A DNA stretch of 53,788 nucleotides from a virus (taxonomy: Duplodnaviria; Caudoviricetes). The notes under the pieces were generated by a model. It ran no database searches, was not told the DNA's origin, and saw only the letters and a program-made list of their open reading frames with translations. The translations under genes were made by a program, and so were the position numbers. Below are positions 39,631 to 47,332 of the stretch, in pieces (the first letter of the stretch is position 1; each line of letters opens with the position of its first letter). The stretch is taken from positions 1 through 53,788 of IMG/VR virus record IMGVR_UViG_3300027631_000027, one strand, 5' to 3'.

Positions 39631-39975
39631 TGGACCCGGCGGGAGTCGAACCCGCGTCCGAGATTGCTTACTATTAAGTTTTTATGTACGTAGTCATTTT
39701 ATTGTACTACACCGCGTTTAAACAAATGACGAACCCACGCAGCTTTGAGTTGAAGAATTCTTTACCGAATATCAACTCATTCTTCGGTAATATATCATAT
39801 GCGATTACAAATTACCTTATATGAATCAGTAACTTGTCAAGCAGCGGATCTAAAAGATCAGGCTGCTAAGGCTAAGTTTTGGTTGCCGTTTGAAATTGTT
39901 GGTCTGTTTTACCAGTTTTACCAAGCTGGGTACAAAGCTTAATCATCCACACCCCGTCGAAACCAGTGCGGGCCC
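39631..39975 (-). ncRNA. ssrA: tmRNA; tag (A)GNQNLALAA at 39858-39887
   Basis: 5' GGGCCCGCACTGGTTTCGAC; 3' GACGCGGGTTCGACTCCCGCCGGGTCCA; G3.U70 Ala identity pair; 345 nt; tag ends LAA-stop; CCA not encoded. Confidence 0.95.
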
Positions 39976-39983
39976 GAACTACG

Positions 39984-40166
39984 TTAACCTTCGGTTGGTA
40001 TAATTTTAGAATCGTCCGGTGAACCACCGCCAGAACCAGTACCTACAGTGGACGTATCTAATCCCACTTTTGCGGCCGGTGCAGCTGCAGCAACTTTTTT
40101 ATTCTTAGCACGTACTACCACGAAAGCGACCACCACAACTGCTACTAATACGATAATTGTACTCAT
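39984..40166 (-). CDS. small single-TM protein
   Basis: Hydrophobic N-terminus then RAKNKK; GGAG SD. Confidence 0.65.
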   Translation of the reverse strand: MSTIIVLVAVVVVAFVVVRAKNKKVAAAAPAAKVGLDTSTVGTGSGGGSPDDSKIIPTEG

Positions 40167-40198
40167 AATATTCTCCGTTAAACGATGGATGTTTACTT

Positions 40199-40227
40199 AA
40201 TATAAATAGATGGGAACTAAAAGTCAA
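40199..40227 (-). promoter_or_regulatory. sigma70-type promoter overlapping CTATTTATA motif, upstream of small ORF and tmRNA
   Basis: TTGACT-17 nt-TATATT. Confidence 0.6.
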
Positions 40228-40706
40228 GACTCTTTTTGAATATCATGAATGGTTAATAATTCAAGTATTTTATAAGTGGCTTTTCCGTTGGGTAATGATA
40301 CTATAACTTGTTCATTAACAGTCTTATTATATAGTGATTTTCCAATCGGAGAATTACTGGTTATTTCTGTGTAGGCCACTGAGATATTATCTGATATCTC
40401 GGCAAAGACTATTTTAAATACTTTTGTAGTTTCTTGTTCTACGTGATAGACGGTAATTATTGAACCCATTCCTACTTTATCTTTAGGAATAAGATTTATA
40501 TTAATATTTTTATAAGCAGAAAGACGTTGTTGCAACTGTGATAATCGTATACCAGCAAATTGCTGCCTACCAACAATTTCAGTATATTCTGAGTTTTCAC
40601 GTAAATCACCCATTTCCGCCGCGTCTTGCATTTCCTGTGGAATAGTGACAGATAATTCATATTTTAATCTATCAATTTCGTTTTCTAATTGTTTGCGTTC
40701 ATTCAT
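40224..40706 (-). CDS. greA: transcription elongation factor GreA
   Basis: GDLRENSEY acidic tip, VGMGS, ITSNSPIGKSL; start at MNERKQL. Confidence 0.93.
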   Translation of the reverse strand: MNERKQLENEIDRLKYELSVTIPQEMQDAAEMGDLRENSEYTEIVGRQQFAGIRLSQLQQRLSAYKNININLIPKDKVGMGSIITVYHVEQETTKVFKIVFAEISDNISVAYTEITSNSPIGKSLYNKTVNEQVIVSLPNGKATYKILELLTIHDIQKES

Positions 40707-40721
40707 AGTATATTCTCTTGC

Positions 40722-40764
40722 AAAAGACAAAATAGAAATGAAGACCAAAGTCCCCATTTCTATT
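40722..40764 (-). terminator. intrinsic terminator in greA leader
   Basis: AATAGAAATGGGGAC-TTTG-GTCTTCATTTCTATT followed by TTGTCTTTT. Confidence 0.65.
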
Positions 40765-40803
40765 CTGATAAGTATCGTAAGTTTTTTTAAAACTTCAATT
40801 TAC

Positions 40804-41109
40804 TTATGCCGTCCACTCCGTAATTGCCCGTCCCTTTGCTGCCGGTCGAGTAGAGCTCGTCATACCCGATGCTTCAAAGTTTGGTGCCCGAAGAACTGAG
40901 TTAATAAAACTCAATCTAGTACGGACCTGCTGGGGACGTACACCTTCACGATTAAGATACGTGTGTACATCATCTGCGGTTACCGTGCCTGAATTACGAC
41001 GACGGACAAGGCTATAAAGCCATGTACGCATACGACTTACTGTGCGGTCATACTCTTCATCGGAGTATGTCTTAACGGTAAACCGTTCTGTGGGATTGTT
41101 ACGTTTCAT
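40804..41109 (-). CDS. hypothetical basic protein (possible winged-helix DNA binder)
   Basis: ATG 41109 with GAGG SD; VTADDVHTYL. Confidence 0.55.
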   Translation of the reverse strand: MKRNNPTERFTVKTYSDEEYDRTVSRMRTWLYSLVRRRNSGTVTADDVHTYLNREGVRPQQVRTRLSFINSVLRAPNFEASGMTSSTRPAAKGRAITEWTA

Positions 41110-41178
41110 AAAACCTCTTGTGTTTTGTAAGGTACATATATTGAACGTAAATGCCTTACTCACTTACATTCAATTATA

Positions 41179-41207
41179 AATATACTACGCTACTACGTTG
41201 GTGTCAA
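41179..41207 (-). promoter_or_regulatory. sigma70-type promoter
   Basis: TTGACA-17 nt-TATATT. Confidence 0.7.
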
Positions 41208-41500
41208 GTAGTAGGTACGTACTTTGTTGCACTCGTATAATCAAACGTATTACTGTTATTAAACACATATACAGTCTGATTAATGCGCTGACTCAAGTTC
41301 TTAAACTGAATATTGGGATGTACACCGAACATATCAATATCGCCATACCAAATCTTTCCAAACTCACGGGTGGCAAGTGTCACATTGCGCATAACATTCT
41401 TACCGTCCAACATTCTTCCAGACTTACCAAACATTTCATTGGCAATAGTAACAACTGGCTGTACATCATCTTCGTTATAAAACATAACTACCTCACTCAA
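41204..41500 (-). CDS. hypothetical protein
   Basis: 98 aa, FGKIWYGDID. Confidence 0.6.
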   Translation of the reverse strand: MSEVVMFYNEDDVQPVVTIANEMFGKSGRMLDGKNVMRNVTLATREFGKIWYGDIDMFGVHPNIQFKNLSQRINQTVYVFNNSNTFDYTSATKYVPTT

Positions 41501-41506
41501 TAGTGA

Positions 41507-41830
41507 TTATTTATTATTCGTCTCTATGGCATCTACCTCTAGAGCGTAACACTTCCAGCAAAGACACATTTTCTCTGACAGGAATTCATCGCGTCGGATT
41601 CCACGGATACCACATCCCTCACACGTATGTGCCGAATCCCGTTCAATCTTGTACGTTACACAATCTAATACATACTGCACCTGTTTGTCAAGTGCCTCTA
41701 ACTTAATTCGCAACATACCGTAATTACGATTAATACTTACTAATTTGATATCTGGCCAAAACGTGAATAACGTTTGTATACGTTCTTCAAACGTTATTTG
41801 CCATCCTGTTTTAAACTCTTTAAGTATCAT
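41507..41830 (-). CDS. hypothetical zinc-binding protein
   Basis: GW...YGMLRI...SAHTCEGCG...CLCWKC. Confidence 0.65.
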   Translation of the reverse strand: MILKEFKTGWQITFEERIQTLFTFWPDIKLVSINRNYGMLRIKLEALDKQVQYVLDCVTYKIERDSAHTCEGCGIRGIRRDEFLSEKMCLCWKCYALEVDAIETNNK

Positions 41831-41997
41831 TACTTTAACTGTTTTTAAAAGTTATAACGTTTTTTTCTTTTTGGTTCTTTTTCTTTTATAAGAAGTAGAC
41901 ATATAGGTATAGTAATTTACTGTACCGTTTATATGTACATTAATAAAAACTTTAAATTGTATAATCGCGATTGTCTACGTAGGTACTACTATACTGC

Positions 41998-42174
41998 TTA
42001 TTCGGTAAATGAAAGTTTTTTCATTTCCTTAAATATATCCGTAGCATCTTCACCCGCTGCTTCGGTTTCTACTATGGAAGTATCAACATACTTACGTTTC
42101 GTAATGGGTTGATTTCCACATTTCTTCTGAATCTTTTTAATTAAAGATTGAATGTTCTTATCCTTTATAATCAT
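41998..42174 (-). CDS. small hypothetical protein (58 aa)
   Basis: Below ORF-track cutoff; MIIKDKNIQSLIKK...EMKKLSFTE, starts 6 nt after upstream stop. Confidence 0.55.
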   Translation of the reverse strand: MIIKDKNIQSLIKKIQKKCGNQPITKRKYVDTSIVETEAAGEDATDIFKEMKKLSFTE

Positions 42175-42180
42175 AGTATA

Positions 42181-42627
42181 TTACTTCTCATCATCAAGAG
42201 TGTCATCTTCATCGTCATCTTCCCAATCATCGCCAAATAACTCACGTAACTTATCTAGGTCTGAATCTGAGAAATATTCTGATTCTGCATCATCTTCCTT
42301 TATTTTATTCAATAATTCATCAAGTGTTTTTGCGGTATATTTCCCGTCTTTAGTCTTGAAGAGTTGTGCTGAATACCCACCTGCTTGCATCTCCGTTCGA
42401 CTAATCATATCTTCAGTTAATGCAATGACTTCCGTAAATCCTGCTGCCATCTTGGATGTTACTACTTCCAAAGACATAACCTTTCCTAAAATTGTTGCCA
42501 TTCCTACGTGCATTTGATTAATATGTACTTTTGCTGATATTAAACTTGTATACGTTAAAAATGTCAACGCCAACAGTAATATATTTATTACTCCAACTAC
42601 TATCACAACCGTTTCAAACACGCTCAT
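42181..42627 (-). CDS. N-terminal TM protein with acidic tail
   Basis: AGGAG SD, hydrophobic N-terminus, Asp/Glu-rich C-terminus. Confidence 0.7.
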   Translation of the reverse strand: MSVFETVVIVVGVINILLLALTFLTYTSLISAKVHINQMHVGMATILGKVMSLEVVTSKMAAGFTEVIALTEDMISRTEMQAGGYSAQLFKTKDGKYTAKTLDELLNKIKEDDAESEYFSDSDLDKLRELFGDDWEDDDEDDTLDDEK

Positions 42628-42644
42628 GTGAGCTCCTATGATGT

Positions 42645-42673
42645 ATTATACCTTGTAAGGTGTTATGTGTCAA
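42645..42673 (-). promoter_or_regulatory. consensus sigma70 promoter
   Basis: TTGACA-17 nt-TATAAT. Confidence 0.85.
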
Positions 42674-43004
42674 GGGGTGGGTCCAACTTAATTGCAGTCC
42701 ACTCCGTACTTTGTTTGTATTCGCGCAATTCATCACTCAAACTAATTAATTCCAATTTTAATTCATTAGTCAACTGTACTTGGTCGAAATACTTTAATTT
42801 CCAGTTGTCCAGTTCTGTTTGAATAAGTCGTAGTTCTGTCTTCACAGTATCCAATTCTTCACGCAACTCTTTTCTAAGAGCCACATGAGTTTCTAGGTCA
42901 TTGCCGTTAGATTCTACGAATTTATTAAACAGTTTAACTATTCCCGCAACGACCATACCGGACACTGCTGCATACATAGCTGTTTGAAATTCTTGCGGAA
43001 TCAT
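42663..43004 (-). CDS. single-TM coiled-coil protein (holin-like topology)
   Basis: N-terminal TM then LRKELREELDTVK coiled coil. Confidence 0.6.
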   Translation of the reverse strand: MIPQEFQTAMYAAVSGMVVAGIVKLFNKFVESNGNDLETHVALRKELREELDTVKTELRLIQTELDNWKLKYFDQVQLTNELKLELISLSDELREYKQSTEWTAIKLDPPLDT

Positions 43005-43051
43005 AAATTATCTCAATAAGTGTTAATAACACTGTAACCTCATTGAAAAAC

Positions 43052-43249
43052 TTATTTACGAAACCTTCTAAACAGATATGGAACATAGTTTGTTAAAAAA
43101 AACATTCCCGATGCAATAAAAATGACTATAATGTGTTTGTGGTCTAACAACGAATTCATTTCTGTGTGCCCTATTAACGCACCGATTATCGTTCCGAACA
43201 TAAACAATAATGTATTACTTATTGCGGTCAGAGTTTGTTTGTTAAACAT
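43052..43249 (-). CDS. two-TM small membrane protein (holin-like topology)
   Basis: Two hydrophobic helices, basic C-terminus; GAGG SD. Confidence 0.6.
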   Translation of the reverse strand: MFNKQTLTAISNTLLFMFGTIIGALIGHTEMNSLLDHKHIIVIFIASGMFFLTNYVPYLFRRFRK

Positions 43250-43307
43250 GGTAATCCTCTAATATGGTAGGATATCCTTACAACTATAAATAGTATCCCC
43301 TACACGT

Positions 43308-43532
43308 TTACTTTAAATTGGAAAGGACGTAATCGTTACATAACGGTTCAGATTTCATTACGATAAGGGTATCCCGTGCAGACCGTGAGATACTGAACAA
43401 TGCCGGACAGATGGCATCTTTACGTACCACATTATACTCTGTGCGTTTGGTATATCCAACATGCGACAACTTTGCCAACGCAACCAATGTAACTACTACA
43501 TATGCTACACGTACATACTTTTTAATATCCAT
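43308..43532 (-). CDS. small membrane-anchored hypothetical protein
   Basis: Start moved to MDIKKY (43532) to avoid long overlap. Confidence 0.5.
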   Translation of the reverse strand: MDIKKYVRVAYVVVTLVALAKLSHVGYTKRTEYNVVRKDAICPALFSISRSARDTLIVMKSEPLCNDYVLSNLK

Positions 43533-43734
43533 GTTCCGAGTCGTCTCCGGCATCATCGTCCTCCGCAAGTTCAATCGTGTCTTCAAGAAGTTCAATTCCC
43601 ACCACTCCGTCTTGTTCAAGCAAATCAGTGAATGCAATTGCACTAGTTGCATAATCCAACGCATCTTCTGGCGTTTCACCCACTATGGTAAGTTTGACAT
43701 ATACTACATATTCATTTAATTTTACATCGTCCAT
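43522..43734 (-). CDS. small acidic hypothetical protein
   Basis: AGGAG SD; first gene after leftward promoter. Confidence 0.7.
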   Translation of the reverse strand: MDDVKLNEYVVYVKLTIVGETPEDALDYATSAIAFTDLLEQDGVVGIELLEDTIELAEDDDAGDDSEHGY

Positions 43735-43770
43735 AATGTTCTCCTATGTTTAATGGTAAGTGATATTCTA

Positions 43771-43799
43771 ATCTTAATTACTGTAATTCCATTTGTCAA
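43771..43799 (-). promoter_or_regulatory. leftward sigma70 promoter at strand switch
   Basis: TTGACA-17 nt-TAAGAT. Confidence 0.7.
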
Positions 43800-43819
43800 G
43801 AGGCATTTTAAAAAAAGAC

Positions 43820-43848
43820 TTGACATTTCTGGTTCAATGTATTATACT
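43820..43848 (+). promoter_or_regulatory. rightward sigma70 promoter at strand switch
   Basis: TTGACA-17 nt-TATACT preceded by A-tract (UP-like). Confidence 0.8.
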
Positions 43849-43874
43849 TAAATCTCAACCACTAACTTCGTGAT

Positions 43875-44084
43875 ATGTTAAATTATTTAATACTAATTAA
43901 TATTTTATTATTTGTTGTTTGCATTGCCTTCATATTTAAATGGTATACACAACGGGCGTATAATAAACAGTTATTTACTCGGGCATTGGAATTGGAATTG
44001 ACTCTTATGGATATATATGATGAGTCCGCTGAGAAAGTACAGAAAAAAATCATCCATACATTAGATAATATTACTCCATTATAA
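43875..44084 (+). CDS. small single-TM protein
   Basis: Hydrophobic N-terminus; first ORF after promoter. Confidence 0.6.
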   Translation: MLNYLILINILLFVVCIAFIFKWYTQRAYNKQLFTRALELELTLMDIYDESAEKVQKKIIHTLDNITPL

Positions 44085-44112
44085 GTCATACACACATAAC
44101 TACCGGGATTTT

Positions 44113-44589
44113 ATGAAGCCTCCCAAACGCATCACCAAAAAACAATTATTTATTAAGACAATAGAAATTGCACAACCACTTATTGGACTTAGTGAATGGA
44201 AGATTGCAGTTAGATTTCCAGCCAAGATGAAAGGTGCCGCAGATTGTCAGGCATATCCAGAATATAAGCAAGCGGGTATTCGGGCAAACTTAACGGTATT
44301 CAAACGATTGTCAGAGTATGAAATTATCCAAACGGCAATTCATGAAATGGTGCATTGTCTTTTGTGGCCGTTAGTTGATTGGACGGAGGAGTTGTGTAGG
44401 AAAAATCCACAGAAGTTAGAACTAACGAGGAAATTGGAAGAAGCAACGGTGACCGACTTTGAGAAGTTACTGACTAAGTTGTGCATTGAAGCAATACAAA
44501 CAGAACTAGTTGCGTTAGGATATGAACGGGTCACCACATCATTTGCATCAGTACAAGTCGTCAACGAACCTAAAAAACGGACAACATAA
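44113..44589 (+). CDS. HEXXH zinc metallopeptidase-like protein
   Basis: TAIHEMVHCLL plus downstream EE. Confidence 0.65.
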   Translation: MKPPKRITKKQLFIKTIEIAQPLIGLSEWKIAVRFPAKMKGAADCQAYPEYKQAGIRANLTVFKRLSEYEIIQTAIHEMVHCLLWPLVDWTEELCRKNPQKLELTRKLEEATVTDFEKLLTKLCIEAIQTELVALGYERVTTSFASVQVVNEPKKRTT

Positions 44590-44592
44590 ACT

Positions 44593-45138
44593 ATGATACC
44601 ATTAAAAGAAGCAGTAGCAACCAAACATCAAGAGGCAGAACAGCATGTAGTTAATAGACATTTGATGAGCGGACACGTTATGGAACACGAATATCACACA
44701 TATTTGTGGCAGCAATTTCTTGTGTTTGATGCGATTGAAAGAGTTCCACTTCCGCACGCATCATTGAATAGATTGCCAGCAATTCTATTGGACATGCGTG
44801 AATTACCCACGCATGTTCGCCGCACCAGTGGGGAACTTGATGTGCCGATAATGACCAACCATGCCATTGAATATAACGAATATCTTTCAACTCTTACACA
44901 AGAAGAATTGCTGCCGCATATATATCTTAACTATTTGGCACTAATATTTGGTGGTCAAATGATGAAAGATAAAGTTCCTGGTAGCGGTAAGATGTACGAG
45001 TTTGATAATATGAAGGACATAATTATGTCTATTCGGTCTATTCAACAAGACGAATGGGCAGATGAAGTAAATAAAGGATTTACCTATATTATTGGAATAT
45101 TTAATGAACTACAAACTATATTTGGATTACTTAGCTGA
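44593..45138 (+). CDS. hemO: heme oxygenase
   Basis: LKE....HQEAE proximal His, HIYLNYL...GGQ distal helix, VPGSGKMYEF, DEVNKGF. Confidence 0.88.
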   Translation: MIPLKEAVATKHQEAEQHVVNRHLMSGHVMEHEYHTYLWQQFLVFDAIERVPLPHASLNRLPAILLDMRELPTHVRRTSGELDVPIMTNHAIEYNEYLSTLTQEELLPHIYLNYLALIFGGQMMKDKVPGSGKMYEFDNMKDIIMSIRSIQQDEWADEVNKGFTYIIGIFNELQTIFGLLS

Positions 45139-45796
45139 ACGATTTCAAACCATTATTACCGCACAAAATACCACGATAATTGATACAGAAGATTTTGGGT
45201 GGACAAATCATCGGTATAAGGCAGACTCGTTTCGTATGGCACACATTGAACGGTATACTGATGACAAGGTAAACGTATTACACGTTACCACATTTCCAAA
45301 TCAGTGGAGTCCAGAACCCATTTTTGGGTTTGATATAATCACCACACAGAATGCAGTAATTGGTGCCTATATGGATTTTAGTCCTGGATTGAAAACATAT
45401 AACTTTACGAACGGAATTACATTTGTTGACCGTAAACCTATTCCAGAATGGGCAACGGTATTTAGTGATCAATTCTTAACGCTAAAACCAAAAGATGATA
45501 ACGAGTTTATGCGGTTTTGTGATTGGGCAATACAAAAATATGAATGGTATTTGGGTATACTTGCAGAAAAGTATATGGTTGAGTGGGAAGAAGAACATGA
45601 AGTTATAAAAGTGCAAAATAACTATTGCGAAGTTCAAGCATCAAATCCACGTACATATAATGTATTGAAAGCTAAAATCGGGGAGCAACGAGCAAAATAC
45701 TTTATGGAAGAAATTTTGTTCCCGCAAATACCCACTGACCGTGTTGTCATCGACAGGGATGTAACAGAATTATATAAATTATTGGGTATTCTATGA
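45104..45796 (+). CDS. ferredoxin-dependent bilin reductase, PcyA/PcyX-like
   Basis: FRMAHIE, VLH..FP, PIFGFD, DFSP, PEWATVFS, QNNYC..Q..NPRT..VL, FMEEILFP; ATG 45104 overlaps HO. Confidence 0.88.
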   Translation: MNYKLYLDYLAERFQTIITAQNTTIIDTEDFGWTNHRYKADSFRMAHIERYTDDKVNVLHVTTFPNQWSPEPIFGFDIITTQNAVIGAYMDFSPGLKTYNFTNGITFVDRKPIPEWATVFSDQFLTLKPKDDNEFMRFCDWAIQKYEWYLGILAEKYMVEWEEEHEVIKVQNNYCEVQASNPRTYNVLKAKIGEQRAKYFMEEILFPQIPTDRVVIDRDVTELYKLLGIL

Positions 45797-46155
45797 GATT
45801 CTTAACAAGAAAACTGGTTCAACCTGGCGATTTAAATGCCGGTGGTACCTTATTTGGTGGCAGATGCTTGTCGTGGATTGACGAAGAAGCAGCCATTTTC
45901 GTGGGCGTTGAAACGAATCATCGTAGAGTAGTTACAAAAAGTATGTCTGCAATTAATTTCATTGCACCCGCATATCAAGGTGATGTTGTTGAGATTGGCG
46001 TTGCGCTAAAAGGTGTCGGTAAAACATCCGTTTCGGTAGAAGTGGTGGTACGAGACTTGACAACACAGAAGATTATCGTTAACATTGATGAAATGGTATT
46101 TGTGTGCGTTAATGAAGAAGGGCGGCCAGTAAGACATAGTTTATACACCGGATAA
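45793..46155 (+). CDS. acyl-CoA thioesterase (hotdog fold)
   Basis: VQPGDLNAGGTLFGGRCLSWIDEEA, VGKTSVSV, MVFVCVNEEGRP. Confidence 0.9.
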   Translation: MRFLTRKLVQPGDLNAGGTLFGGRCLSWIDEEAAIFVGVETNHRRVVTKSMSAINFIAPAYQGDVVEIGVALKGVGKTSVSVEVVVRDLTTQKIIVNIDEMVFVCVNEEGRPVRHSLYTG

Positions 46156-46201
46156 GATATTTATATAGACACGGTTATATTTCATATTACCGAGAATTTA
46201 C

Positions 46202-46375
46202 ATGTCAGATACAAAAACCGCAATTCTAATGGAAGTTATTAGAGGAATATTCGACTTACTAAAAACATGGTGGGTTGTTCTTGGGTTGGTGGTAATGGTT
46301 GGCATGTACACTGAAGTGTTAACCCAAAAGAATATCATCACCGTGATGAACAAAGTAGTTCAAATAGTTAAATAA
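46202..46375 (+). CDS. small membrane protein (57 aa)
   Basis: Below ORF-track cutoff; MSDTKTAIL...WWVVLGLVVMVGMY... Confidence 0.55.
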   Translation: MSDTKTAILMEVIRGIFDLLKTWWVVLGLVVMVGMYTEVLTQKNIITVMNKVVQIVK

Positions 46376-46399
46376 ATTTTATTTTTATGGAGTATCGTT

Positions 46400-46831
46400 A
46401 TGAAATTCATGTATTTGTTGTTAGCAATTCCGAACATTGCATTTGCACAAGTGGACACACGTATTATAGAAACGGAACAGTCCCGTGGTAATCCACCAAC
46501 GGAAAAAGTGGTACGACCAGAACCGCCGCGGCGAATGGAACCACCAGTACGACCAGAACCACCGAGAAATATTGATCGGCCACTTCCAGTGCCAATGAAT
46601 CAACACTGGATTTCCCAAAGTCCTTCGTGGGGCGATTGTTTAAACATGCCACCACAGTTCCGTTCAGTTTGTATGGATATAGGAATGTCACGTAATCGTT
46701 CTATGAATTATCGTCCAACAAAGCCCACACTCCGCCAACAGATTAAACGGGCTACCCCACAACAACGCCGTGCAATACAACAGGCCCGCAAAGAATTCCG
46801 ACAAAAAGTACAACGTATATTAAAAAAGTAG
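46400..46831 (+). CDS. secreted Pro-rich protein with basic C-terminal helix
   Basis: Signal peptide ending AFA-Q, VRPEPPR twice, GGAG SD. Confidence 0.65.
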   Translation: MKFMYLLLAIPNIAFAQVDTRIIETEQSRGNPPTEKVVRPEPPRRMEPPVRPEPPRNIDRPLPVPMNQHWISQSPSWGDCLNMPPQFRSVCMDIGMSRNRSMNYRPTKPTLRQQIKRATPQQRRAIQQARKEFRQKVQRILKK

Positions 46832-46845
46832 TATAAATAGTTACT

Positions 46846-46928
46846 GGACGAGTGGCTGAGCGGTTGAAGGCACGGGTCTGCAAAACCCTTGGAGAAATCC
46901 CACATCGGTTCAAATCCGATCTCGTCCT
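46846..46928 (+). tRNA. trnC: tRNA-Cys(GCA) with long variable arm
   Basis: GGACGAG/CTCGTCC acceptor, U73, loop CTGCAAA, T arm ATCGG-TTCAAAT-CCGAT. Confidence 0.9.
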
Positions 46929-46945
46929 TATTACAGGAGATAGTT

Positions 46946-47332
46946 ATGAAAAATCAGATATTTGTATTTGGAAGTAATTTAGCAGGGCGGCATGCATGCC
47001 GCGGCGGCATGCATGCCGCCCTTACCGCATATAGAACCCATGGCGCTATTTACGGACAAGGATATGGAATGCAAGGTAACAGTTTTGCTATTCCAACGAA
47101 GGACGAAAATTTAAATACATTACCAGTGAATAAGATTGCAAAATATGTAGATAAATTTATTAATTATGCAGTATTAAACCCAGATTTAATGTTTCAAGTT
47201 ACAAGAATTGGTTGTGGGTTGGCTGGATATGAAGACAGTGATATTGCTCCACTATTTATAAACGCACCCAGTAATTGTATTCTTCCTGTTGGGTGGCGAA
47301 ATTTTAAACCACACTCACTTGAGAAATTATGA
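46946..47332 (+). CDS. conserved phage protein (IFVFGSN...YAIPT family, macro-domain-like)
   Basis: IFVFGSNLAGRH, G.QGNSFAIPTK, F.VTRIGCGLAG; start moved to ATG 46946 (AGGAG SD) clear of tRNA. Confidence 0.8.
   Translation: MKNQIFVFGSNLAGRHACRGGMHAALTAYRTHGAIYGQGYGMQGNSFAIPTKDENLNTLPVNKIAKYVDKFINYAVLNPDLMFQVTRIGCGLAGYEDSDIAPLFINAPSNCILPVGWRNFKPHSLEKL
46985..47021. repeat. 37-bp nested palindrome inside CDS
   Basis: GGGCGGCATGCATGCCGC-G-GCGGCATGCATGCCGCCC. Confidence 0.95.

Noticed and set aside
41853-41903. 16-aa basic ORF MSTSYKRKRTKKKKTL
   Set aside because: No SD; composition follows from the A-rich tract
64-43719. Many plus-strand ORFs in the track (e.g. 20006-20602, 38692-39276, 22343-22795)
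   Set aside because: They are antisense shadows of long minus-strand genes, with no SD or recognisable motifs
44593-45796. Cyanophage assignment from bilin genes
   Set aside because: No psbA, hli, cpeT or petF here, and GreA is generally absent from cyanobacteria; not excluded without the rest of the genome
46889-46945. N-terminal extension of the 147-aa ORF
   Set aside because: Overlaps tRNA-Cys; an SD-led ATG exists at 46946
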